The notes beneath the pieces are model-generated. The model saw only the letters and a program-made list of their open reading frames with translations. It ran no database searches and had not been told where the DNA came from. A DNA stretch of 62,457 nt, the filler included, from Sphacelaria rigidula (taxonomy: Eukaryota): assembly GCA_964200075.2 (NCBI GenBank). It is 7 parts of 7 records of this genome, joined end to end, with 100 filler letters (N's around TTAATTAATTAA, not from the genome) between each part and the next. Parts side by side here need not be neighbours in the genome. Positions count along the whole stretch, not along the records: positions 8,939 to 17,776 come from CAXNAA020009980.1; positions 17,877 to 26,713 come from CAXNAA020009981.1; 5 more parts are not named here. One strand, given 5' to 3'. Position numbers and translations under genes: made by a program. Below, in pieces: positions 12,250 through 23,466 of the stretch. Every line of letters starts with the position of its first letter. Position 1 is the stretch's first letter.

Positions 12250-12675
12250 GGACGACTTCAGTGGTCTCAAGGGATCAACTCATCTCTCCCCGGGTACAAA
12301 AGACGCCTTGCATTCTGGTTTGGTCGCGGATTGGATTATTAGAACGCCGGCACCGTATCGTCGACTTCTTCATTTTCATTTTTTATTTGTCGCACTTCGA
12401 ACCCCTCCCCTTCCTCGGGACGAGTCTGTGATCTTAAGGTATCAACCCATCTCTCCCCCAGTACACGCCTTGTATTTTGGTCTCGCGGATTGGGTCAGCA
12501 CTCCCGCATCACGTCAACCCACGTCGAACAAACTCAGTCATCGACTTCGTTTACTTACGTTTTCACGCTTTTTACGGTGGAAATCAGATACTCCGAAGAA
12601 AAAATCGAACGCATCGGGAATCGAACCCTCGTCCTCTCCACCCTAATGGCGACAGCCGGCCGGGGCGCCGACTGC
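12250..12675 (-). mobile_element. tRNA-derived SINE-like element; partial relatives at about 10810-10920, 21330-21430 and 26870-27070
   Basis: The minus strand has a B-box GGTTCGATTCCC head (about 12615-12630), then a body closely matching 61320-61620 (gagtttgtt.gac.tg.gttgacg.g.tgcgggagtgctgac.caatccgcgaga.caaaat.caaggcgt). Confidence 0.7.
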
Positions 12676-13717
12676 CGCCTGACAAACTCGGCCGAGCAGA
12701 ATATTTATTGTTACTCCCATATCCTTACGCTGCCAACGACGAGAATCAGATACTGCTATGCAAAAAAAAAAACGAAATAGACGGGAATCATCTATCTGGC
12801 GGGAATCGAGCTCGCCTTTTTCCCGCCCTGATGATGTTGTCGGCTGTACCATTTAAATTCAGACCACCGAGGTGCGGTTAATTATCTGAAACTCCAGTCT
12901 GTCCCCCCCACTGGGACTCGCAATCTGGAATAAATATGGACCGTAGCTTGTCTCACTGCATTCCTACACACCTTCCTACTCCTCATCCCACAATGAGGAG
13001 AAATCCTCATCCCATAACGAGGAAAAATAGACTTGTCACGTAGAAATCAAGATACTACTAGTAGTGGATATTAGTAGTACTAGTTTTTTTTTTTTTCTGT
13101 CGCGTTTTTTCTTCTTCTCTTCCTTCGAGCGTGTTTCAGTTTCGTTTTTTTTTGGTACGTCTATCATGAGACCACGGCTTGACCCCTGGGGGGTCAGTTC
13201 AAGTGCGACAATCAATCAATCAATCAGTATCTACTACTACTAGCATCTTGATTTCTACTACTAGTATTCAGAGTAAAAACTAGTAGTAGTAGATACTGGT
13301 AGTACTAGTAGTACCACTAACAGCAATGGTACCCGGTGCATGCTCGTTCATGACGGTGTCATTTCGAGATCCACAATAAAACACGAGACACGCTTTCAGT
13401 CGATTAGTGTTTGGCTTTGCGCTCCTTTTCTCCCCATGTACCGCCGACTGTACTGGTCTACCAAGGGTACCGGGTACATACACGGGCGATTCATTCACTA
13501 CGCGCATGAGACAGAACTAAACAGAACCTAACCTAACCTAACCGAACAATCCTCTAGCATAAAATGACATGATATGAAACTTACAATAAAGTAACGGCCG
13601 AAATAACTGTAACCCCCGGTTGTCCGCGCATTCATACATACGCGATATCCCGTGTCTTATCCCATCATAGTCATAACCAAGACCTGTCCGGAAACTGCAA
13701 ATGCTGCCCTGTGCGTG

Positions 13718-13758
<41 letters not shown>

Positions 13759-14222
13759 ATCTACATACATAGCGTCACACTTTCAACCCCTACACTCCGT
13801 CGGGAAAAGTCCGTGGATTCAAGGGGGCTTCAACCTCATCTCTTCTGCGGTGCGATACACGCCTTACAAAAAGTCCATACCGGGTCGATTCACGTATACT
13901 GGGGAAAAAAAAGTATTTACTATTATCCTCACGTGCAACCTCCTCACGTTTTCAACAAACCTCTCTTTTGCCATGATCCTAACAAATACCCCCCTCACAT
14001 TTATAACAACAGAACATCAGATAAGTCTCGAGAAAAAACAAACAAATAAATGACAAAACAAAAATCTGAATAAAAAGAAAAAAACGAATGTTGTATCTCC
14101 TCGGGAATCGAACCCGCATTCCTTTCAACCGAGCCGGTTTCAGTTGTATAATAACTACTGTAGACTGCCGGGACACGACGGCATACGTGAAGCGATTGTG
14201 AACGACCGCAAACTGTACGCAC

Positions 14223-16590
14223 CTTCCCCTCGGCGTTCCTTAAGCGGTCCATTGGTTCCAGATCCTTCTCGTGGTCAATGGTCGATAGCGCTAGAAAATA
14301 ACACAACACGTAGACAATGCGCCGCCGCAGAACATGAGCAGGGAGGAGAGGTGATAGTGGCACATGATATCAATCAAGATTAGCCTTGAAGAAAAAAGAA
14401 GCAAGCATTCAAGAATTTGTGCACCAGTTGTGACGCTGGTAAAAACCCCTACACTGAATCCTTTACACTCGCTACACACTCGCTAATGGTTGCGCCACAC
14501 TGGAAATAAGCCGCAAGCCCCGTGCAAAATGAGCGATTTCTAAGGGGGGTAGCGTCACCTGTAGCGTACGGAAAGGGTATTTCACGACCAAGTAAGTTCC
14601 TCAGGAACAGTTTCCTGGAATAAAACTCAGTAGTTTTTGTCCCATTGATTTCCCATGTACCCTTTCATACCCAGTGTTTTCCAGACACGAAGACAGAACA
14701 GAACAGAACAGAACAGAACAGAACATATTATATGATATCATCATCTCATAATCCAACCTAACCGAACATGTAACATATAAATGTAGGATATAACATATAA
14801 AACAACATAGGATCGCATAAACTGAGCAGACTAAAACAACTCCACTCGCCTCAGAGTACCATTCCACAACAACGTTTTCTTCTTTTTTCACGATGGAACG
14901 GCCGGTCCGTGCTGTTGCGGCGTCGATATTACTTACTTGGCAAACGAAAACAAAAACCCATACCCTGGACAATAGAATAAACAATCGAAAAGTGTATTGC
15001 ATGCAGCAGCGACTATTGCGCCTTTTGAAACAGACAATAGATTCCATACTGTACGCAGTACATTTCTCGACAACATAATCTTTTGTCCAGGGTGTGCGAA
15101 AAGCCCCCCCCCCCCCCCCCCCCCCAATGTGCCTGCTGTTTCTTTTGTTCGCCAGTCACAAGCCAGCTCGGTACGCCACCCACCCGTTTTGACTGACTTG
15201 ACAGACTCACCATCGAATAGTTGCTTCTGGTCAATAAACGGTATCTTCACCACGGTCTCCCAGCTGTTTTTCTTTCCGTTGGCATCGCACTATTGGGTAA
15301 AATATCCATATTCAATACGAAGAGAGGAAAAAAAAAAAAACGGATGGACATGATGAGAAGAGAAAATAATTATTCCAAACCTCGTTCTTGTCTAGTTATA
15401 TATGCCTTGTAGTGGTTGACAAGAGTCGAAAAGTCACACCGATGGGTTGCGTATGACACCATCACGACACCACCAAACAAAACATTTCATCACATCCCAT
15501 CGCATCACATGCTTTTGCTTCGTCCAGACAACGTAAATATATGTATACATATGTTTTTCATACGGACAGGTGATGATGAGGTGCAAGAATTGCCGCCCAC
15601 ACCGGTACATTCGCGAAAGAAACAAGTAACCATTAACAACAGTAATGATGACAGGGGAAATGATGACGATATGTGTGTGTGTTGCCATAACGATATCCAT
15701 GACGATATCAACAATGATATCGACAACGACAACGATAAAGATAAAAAGTTGAGAATATTGATAATGATCATGATCATAATAACGGAAGCGAAAATGGAAA
15801 TGGAAATGGAAATGGAAATGGAAATGGAAATGGAAAAGATGAAAATGAAAATGATAATGAAATAACACCGAAACGTGAGCAGTCAATGTTCTGGAAAAAG
15901 AAGAAAAAAACGCTAGTCGGTTAAATCCGCTACGCTGGGAACACGTACGAAAGGGCTGGGTAGAAAGATTCAGAGCAAAATAGAGAACAAGTAGAGTGAG
16001 AAAAACAGAGGGGAGAAAAAATATCTTCAAAAACATCAATGAGGACGGGAGATGTACAGACATGTTTATTGAACATTATAGAGAGAGCAGATACATTCAA
16101 ATTCATCAATCAGGACACGACATGGATGAATCTTTTATTTTGGACGCGTTATCGAGAAACCCACCTTCGATGTTCTAGTTCACCTGCGGCAAAGAGACTC
16201 GCCGTCCAAAGATCTCGCACCCCCTGCCAAAAATATCTTGTAGAAGAACTTCGTTCTTTCGGGGATAAAAGAAAGACGATATTTGATGGCAGTGCGGCCG
16301 AGCCTTGCTTGCTTAATTGCTTACTTGCTTATCGTAAGAAAGAGTATAGAACACTCTATTTTCCTTTTTTTCTCTCCCCCTTCCGTTTGCCCCTCATCAT
16401 CTCTACAAGTGATATGCTTGCTCCGAAAAACTGCCCCATGAAAATGATCGCATGCACCTCGAAGTCCTTGGGGTAGTACTCCGCCAGGGGCGACGTGGGG
16501 TCCACCATGAGGTCCGCGTAGGGCTTGGGCAGGAACTGCGCACTCTGAGGTGGCAGGACGCTCAGCAGCTGCAGCAAGTTTGGGAAGGGT
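14223..16590 (-). CDS. XRN-family 5'-3' exoribonuclease, three consecutive internal exons (16590-16458, 15289-15211, 14290-14223); gene incomplete
   Basis: GT-AG bounded, phase-compatible exons splice to PFPNLLQLLSVLPPQSAQFLPKPYADLMVDPTSPLAEYYPKDFE-CDANGKKNSWETVVKIPFIDQKQLFD-ALSTIDHEKDLEPMDRLRNAEGK. This matches the XRN conserved region QL..VLP..S...P...FYP.DF..D.NGK..W..V..PF.D. Confidence 0.9.
14690..14725. repeat. (CAGAA)n microsatellite. Others: (TA)n about 13723-13755, (GAAATG)n about 15790-15860, (CAT)n(CAA)n about 23118-23190
   Basis: Directly visible simple repeats. Confidence 0.95.
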
Positions 16591-16825
16591 CTAATCCAAG
16601 GCATGGGGAGGGAGGTAGGGAGGGAGGTGGGGGGGGGGGGCAAGGATACTGGGTAAAAAACAAAGTTGTTCGTTTTTGGCTTTCAACTTCAACAAATGAC
16701 GGAAATCGCGCATATGAATAACTATGGACTTACTTCATCCACCCCTTATTGCACTCGATGGCCGTCAAACATCGGACGAGTCATTACTCGTCGAAACGAG
16801 TGCACTCGTGGATGTTTTTGCAAAC

Positions 16826-17162
16826 ACAACGAGCATGACTCGTGTGCTCGAGTCATTACTTTTTTTTGCAACGAGCAATGACTCGAGTGCTCGCCTCATT
16901 AGTTTGTTTCTACAACGAGCGATGACTCGAGTGCTCGCCCTATTACTTGTTTTCACAACGAGCAATGACTCGAGTGCTCGCCCTATTATTTGTTTTCACA
17001 ACGAGCAATGACTCGAGTGCTCGCCCTATATTTTTTTCCACAACGAGCGATGAGTCGACTGCTCGCCCCATTATTTTTTTTCCACAACGAGAAATGATTC
17101 GAGTGCTCGCCCTACTACTTTTTTCCACAACGAGCGGTGACTCGACTGCTTGCCCTATTATA
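16826..17162. repeat. Minisatellite of about 8 x 43 bp with a palindromic core CAACGAGCAATGACTCGAGTGCTCG
   Basis: The unit caacgagcaatgactcgagtgctcgccctattatttgttttca repeats in tandem; CGAGCA...TGCTCG can pair. Confidence 0.9.
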
Positions 17163-17877
17163 AACCCTTTTGCATGGGACCGACCCCTCACTAACACGAG
17201 GTTGACCATGTGTTGGTGAAATAATAAAAAATAAGTCAGGGAGCGACCTGCCCAATAACGGCGAGGCGATAATTGTCGACCAGACCCGAACGACCAGCGC
17301 GGGGACTGTTGCCGAGTGTGATGTCGCTGCAAAGATAGTATGGGGGCCCTATTCCTGGCCCAGATAAGCCTTCCCAGGTTTCTAAAGCCAGGGGTGCTCG
17401 GAGCATGGCTTATCGCCTGACTTGCATTCAGTATAGCGTTCCCGGGGTTTCCCAGGGGAGATTTAGGGTAGACAGCCTATACTAAAACGTAGTAATGACA
17501 CTAACACAGGGTAGCGTGGGAAAACAGGGAAGGAGTGTACATGCCACAATGTGGTCATTTTCACGAGGCACTAAACCCAGGTGGGTCGTGGAAAGGCAAA
17601 AGGAGCTACCGTCATGAATTATGCCCATCTCTCTGCCGATGACTTGCAGAACACTGTGAACATGTATGTAGTGGGCGGGGATGAACAAGCTGTGTATAGG
17701 CAGCTGATCTCCGTCGCTGAGAATGCCCAGAACGTGCAAGGGAGTATGCAGCGTCAGCTGCTGATGCAGTCGGAGANNNNNNNNNNNNNNNNNNNNNNNN
17801 NNNNNNNNNNNNNNNNNNNNTTAATTAATTAANNNNNNNNNNNNNNNNNNNNNNNNNNNNNNNNNNNNNNNNNNNNC

Positions 17878-17945
17878 CTCTCGAAAGGGATGCGGGGTCA
17901 ATTGTCAGACGACTAAGGCAAGCAACACAAGAGAACGCCCCCCCC
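17878..17945. repeat. High-copy interspersed repeat family; segments also at about 24305-24410, 24510-24610, 44688-44865 (inverted), 48755-48860 (inverted) and 53628-53875
   Basis: Shared strings include gggatgcgtggtcaatggtcaaacgactaaggcaagcaacaaatgagta, gatgcgaggtcaatggtcttatgacta and catgaggcagtggaaaagc.gtggctgtctctg.aagtggcgatacc. Copies sit at several contig starts. Confidence 0.85.
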
Positions 17946-19864
17946 CCCCCCTCTCGCCGAACGGTCACCCTGCTAAACATGCTTATGCACCATCTCCTTG
18001 GACTGCGGTAATTGAAACTTCGACCACTTTTCATTCCGAAAATTTCTTCACGGATAAAAACAGAGAGAAACACGCGTCCCTTGCCCACATCTTTGCCCAG
18101 CCGCCATTACTCTGTTTCTCGCTTCACACACCAAGAAGGTTTCATACCCGTCGTTTTCTACATCATCACTACTCCAACGTTTTGAATATCCTCCCATCGA
18201 TCATCCCCATTGTATGCACGCTTACTGAATGCAGCGACGCGACCAGCTCGGCGCTTTATCTGCGTACCCTGCTCCGAGCGCTGGACTGGGCTGCCGTGAA
18301 CGGCTACGATGTGCGCGCCTTGCTTGATGAGTCGCTCGAAGCTACCAGCATCGGAGCGCTGTATAATGTATTCCTCGACAGGTTGAGATGAAACGACGCA
18401 CACTCGTTAGACATATCAAACACGTCAAACTGACACCGATCTGTGGAAACGGAAATTAAACAGCCGAAAAAGAAATACGTTACAGTATCGTCCACTTCAA
18501 CGTCAGGTTATTTTCCGAAGAAGTCAGAATGGGTTAGTTACCACTTTTTTGAGCACCATGTGTTTCGCTTTCCTCATTGACACAGTCCCCCCCCTCGAAA
18601 TCGGAGTTTCAGATTCTGCTCGTAGTTCATTGGGTCGTGCAGATATACTTTAATCCCCATCCCTTCTCTCAACCCCCGGCATATCTTTAGGTGCTCTTCC
18701 CGGCCCGCTCTCTTTCTCAGCGCTTGTTTTTCGCTCTCATCTACCTTTCCGTTCGTTTTCGTCTCGTACCCCCATAGTCACCTATGGACAGTCTCTCTTC
18801 TCGTGTCATCCTATATGTTTCCATACTCTCCCGACAACAATATCCCACCTCATTTCATCCTGTCCTTTTGTCACGTTCTTCCGTACAGTCCTATCAACTA
18901 TCATAGACGGGGGGAAATGAGTTCGCCCAAAAACAAGGGGGTTTTGGGTGTGCAAGAGTGATGCGTGTAAGAGCGATCTCATAAGAGGGGGAGCGTTGTA
19001 CAAGAACAAAAGTGGGGGTATGGGCGTATTGTCCAGGCGCGGATAGCTGGCCTAGACAGGTACTGTCGTGAGTGGAAGGGTTATCGAGGGATGTGCATCA
19101 TGAATTGGGGGAGATGTCGATGTTGATGACCATCATTGGGAGCAAAAAATCGACGATACCACATGCGACGCATGAATAGTGGACCCTTCGTGGAAACACA
19201 AGATATGGGTGGGTCGCGAAGCATTGCCCTTTACCTTGGAACTACTCGAAATTTGTCCATGTGATGGGCGGCGAGGTAGCGGCGTGTAGTTTACAGCCAA
19301 AACATGAAACAAGCCCCTATCAAGACTCTCAGCTAGAATGATCTGCCTTCAAAAGTCCAAATGTTCGTGCTTGGTGTACACGTGGTGAGATCATGCACGA
19401 TCCAGGAGCCAGATAGCTTCCCGGCACTCCCTTTGTTTTCGGTGTTGAAGTGACTCTTGTGGTGTGGCACAATGATCCCGCGCACATGATACTCCGGGTG
19501 CCGTATTCGTCACGGCTAGGGCGATGAACTCGTCCACTACTCCATCCCCGTGACACGATGTGTCCCGGTCTAATGATAGGTGATGTACAAGTAGCGTTTG
19601 GAGGATCAAATGTTTTAGATGATTTAATTAAACTATTATGTTTTGAATGCATTTTGGTGTACATGTTGTTGTGCGTTTCCACAATTTGTCACATGTGTGT
19701 GATGATATATATATATATATGTTTCAAGCGTACAAGGTTTCATGCTGCAGCTACGATATACTCGAGCATGGCTATAATATCGTCTACTTCATATCATGTC
19801 GATGTTGTAACGCTTCACCTATATTTATATATATGTGTGTGTACCGCCTACCTTATATTCACAG

Positions 19865-20780
19865 TGTTGAGGCCGGCAATCATCCAACGGAGGCCTCCAA
19901 ATTGGCCGCGCAAGAAGCGACGGAAGCTGACGGTGGGGTCGTCGGTCTTCGTAACGCATTCGATGCGTTGACCCACGTTGCTGCTACTAGCCCGGACGAC
20001 AAATCACGGGGCTGTGGCTGGGAAGGCACGGAACCACGTGTGTCTACCTTATATGCTGAATCTGGGGTTACACGCAAGCGAGTCGTCCACGCCGAACAGG
20101 AAATGGTGAATGACAACTGCCGTGCGGGAAAAAGCGAGACACAGCGACAACAAGACAACAATACTGGAGGAGATGGGAAGCACGATGGCCATCGCGCCGA
20201 GGCAGACATTACAATGGCTAGTGCAGCCCCCGCTGACGATGGTTGTGATGTTAGCGGTGAATATGATAACGGTGGTGAGGACGATAGCGAAGACGATGGC
20301 GGGGGGTATAGTGACGAAGAATATGACGACGACGAAGACGAGTTCGAGGTTAACGACAAAGGCAATGGTGATGGCGGTGGAGATTGCGGCGAAGGAAAGA
20401 GAAGGGCAGGAGACCTCTCCGGCAGAGGAAGCTCTACAGGGAGCGAGGAGAAGAGAAGAAAAAAACCGGGCACGCCAAACACAAGGGCAAGAGAGTTGAC
20501 ACCAACGACAGATGTAATCGTAGAGCAACACGGGGACTCTCCGGGGGGGGCGAAGAGCGAAGACAACGGAAGTCGAGATGCCAGTAATTCCCAAGGGTTA
20601 TCGGCAGAGGAAGCACAGCCAACCTCGTGTGGAGAGGCAACCTGTAGTGAGCTCACCTGTGCTCGGGGACTTGAGCTTGCACGTGGACGCGGCCTCGACG
20701 AGGTTCCCTTGTATTTCCTCGGGGGTGCAGAGGTAAAAAGCAAAAGCAGCGATGAAGCAATGAATGCAATTGACGAATAG
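19865..20780 (+). CDS. Possible terminal exon of an unknown acidic, low-complexity protein
   Basis: Long open frame (about 300 codons) after a cacag acceptor, D/E/G-rich, with no recognisable domain. Confidence 0.3.
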
Positions 20781-21741
20781 ATTAAAATGGAAGTATTCCG
20801 CGAAGGAAAAGGCACGCGCGCGCGGGGGGGGGGGTGGGGGGGGAAGCAACCTGCAACAAGCTGGGTTCTCCTGTACCCAAAAAACGCTAGAAATCACGAC
20901 TTTCAACATTACGGTTTTACCATGTATGACTTTGCCGTGCACCAAGTAGCATGAACTTCATGTTTTGTTTGCTTGATCAAACCACGCGCGAGGAGAAGGT
21001 GTAGTAGACTGTGTGGTAGTGTCTTGCTTTGTTATGATGGTCTCACGCTTGATGTAATGCGTGCTGTAATGCGTTGCTAAATCTGAAACGGTTACATTAC
21101 TGACCAACCAGATACTTCGAATGTCCGCCCTAGGAAGGAGTGGGTGATTGTTTCAATACTTCAATTATTTTGTTACTTCATCGTCCGTAAAAACACTGGG
21201 GCCAGGAAAAGAATATATTGAGCGGCTTAACTGCTATTCACATGGACAGCACAGCCGTAGCATTCGTTATTGCGCACGCTCGGCTCGTTGGCGCTGCTGT
21301 CTAACGTCATCTTTTTTTCTTCATTTCGTTCTGAAACTCTCCCGTTCCTCGGGGTGGGTCCGCAGTCTCGAGGATCAACCCATCTGCCTCCCGGCCCCTA
21401 CCTGACATTTTGTTGATGGGGATTGGATAATGACTCACCAGAGATTCAGTACCTAATCGACTCTCGTCGAAGTTTCTCAAAAACTCGCATCCTCACGCCC
21501 GCTGAGACGGAGACTAGATTCTAAGAGGCCGCATAGGACGGAATTCGAAGCGGCAACCTCATTCCCTAACTAGCTACTGGTGTACTATATCAATTTAGAC
21601 CACCCAATAACTCTGCTTGTCATGAAAAAAATATTTCCGCTGTGGGATCAAAAATCCGTCTAAAAATCAATCGTTTGAAGATATCCGTCATACGAATGAT
21701 GCCCTGACTCGCTGGATCCTCCTTTGAAACGTTTGTCGAAG

Positions 21742-21870
21742 GTGGAAGGGTTCGGAGTGATGGTTGGTCGAGCCGTGGCGCTTCTTCACGTCGTGCGACA
21801 TGGCTTGAGGGCTGAAGAACTCTGGTCCCTTCTGGCTGCCCTCAAGGCATCAACCTCTGCCCAGGAAAAG
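21742..21870 (+). CDS. Putative exon resembling the helical region after the NACHT domain in NPHP3/TEP1-like proteins
   Basis: AG-GT bounded 129-nt frame VEGFGVMVGRAVALLHVVRHGLRAEELWSLLAALKASTSAQEK, similar to the ..SRHGL.E.EL..LL motif. Confidence 0.4.
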
Positions 21871-23130
21871 GTCATTTCTAGAATGGACATGAATCAGTGA
21901 TCAGTTAAAAGATCTAATGTCACTCAGCTTCGGCCGGGGAAATGCTCAATTGCTGATCAATATCTACCACTTGAACACCAACTCAGGTAGCGTCTGCCGG
22001 AATCAGAAATGCCACTTTTTTGTGAGAGTATTGTTGCATGCCAAGCCGGATAGGGTCTATGGTTCGCCTACGATGGCATTGTTTGACTATTCTACCGGTG
22101 TCCAACTATACACCTTCTGTGGGACGTGAAATTGGATAACGAAATCACCCCCCTTCACGTCGCACAGAAGGATGTCATGACATACTTCTGGTGAGCTTTC
22201 ATCGGGGTCTAAACGCATTCGGTAGTGAAAAAACAGTTGTCGCTCGGGGATGTGCAACGCGCGCCCACGTGCTCGCACGCGGTGCATGAGTCATTCTCTT
22301 CTATTGGATATAGGCCGTATATTCGTGTAAGTGTCACCGCTGTCCTCTCAATCGTGTGCGACGCCAGGTCCCGCACTGGCATCGCAACGGTAAATGCGGA
22401 AAACCATTGCCCAGAATGCACCAACGGCAAGAACATTGAAGGAAACCCTCCCAAGCTTACCTCTTGCAATACACGCCGCGTGCCCGGATTCGAGTGGCTA
22501 GAGTCATCGCACGCGTTCACATTTTTGAAACGCATCGATTTCGTGTTCACGTTGTTCATGATACCGGCTACAAACCTATTTGATGACCATCCATAATTTT
22601 TACGAGAAAGCTCCAGGTTTGAAAAAGAGTTTTCGATCGCATCTAGTGTAGTAGTGGCCATACGTGTTTTTTGTCGTTGCCAGTAAAGTTGCGAGAAAAC
22701 AAAAAGCAGCATACATACCTTGCACGACCGGTCGATCCGCGCAACATACCCAACGGGGTGACTCACTGCACATCAAATAGGTGTACCTTCATATTGGGTT
22801 CGGATCGCTGTGCCCATTCGATGCTGCACTGTTTATCGATGAAATGCGCGGGCATCTCGTGTAGTAGAGTATACTGTAGCAGCCATTCAAATTCGCTGAA
22901 ATATCCGTATTAAAATCTACAAGTGGAGACCGCCATGCACGATCGCTGAAAATTGCTCGACCCCTTGCTCCACTGGAGACACCCCTTGGGTGCGCTTTCA
23001 CTGACTCGACGTATACGTCGTGGGCTATCTTGGGTGGAGATGATTTGAGGCAAGGTCAAATGCTTCCGCTGTCCTCCTCCCTTGGCCGTGGCTATGGCGA
23101 TAACACCCCCACCCCCACCATCATCATCAC

Positions 23131-23168
<38 letters not shown>

Positions 23169-23243
23169 ACAACAACAACAACAACAAACAACAAACAACA
23201 AACAACAAACATCATACAAAAAAATGCATCCAAAAACGAAAAG

Positions 23244-23466
23244 GCGGAGGGGACGGAAGGGGAGGCCGAGTCAAGACTCTTGCGCAAGCTCCTCAAAAAT
23301 CAAAATAGGCTGATCGATAGCATTCGTTCGATGGACTCAGATCGGGATGGCGTGATCTCCATCGAGGAATTTCGGACGGCGGTGGAAGCCTTGGGAGTCG
23401 GTTTAACGGACGATCAGATGGAAACGCTGATTCGATCCATCGATGTGGACAACGACCGGGAGCTGG
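23244..23466 (+). CDS. Exon encoding an EF-hand pair (calcium-binding protein, gene incomplete)
   Basis: MDSDRDGVISIEEF is a canonical EF loop, followed by LGVGLTDDQMETLIRSIDVDNDREL; flanked by aag and gt splice signals. Confidence 0.8.

Noticed and set aside
14085-14150. tRNA genes suggested by B-box motifs (also at about 25455-25485, 27810-27840 and 61360)
   Set aside because: No complete cloverleaf could be built; these are better explained as SINE-head fragments.
15416-16063. ORFs with MEMEME / HFHFHF repeats
   Set aside because: These are translations of a (GAAATG)n microsatellite inside an XRN intron.
16826-17162. CRISPR-like array of palindromic repeats
   Set aside because: The intervening segments are short and homologous to one another rather than unique spacers, there are no cas genes, and the context is a eukaryotic intron.
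22209-22766. Ulp1-like protease in a minus-strand ORF (FLPLVHSGQW); a similar hint at 10380-10650
   Set aside because: The catalytic His-Trp and QxxxxDCG motifs are absent, so the similarity is too weak to call.
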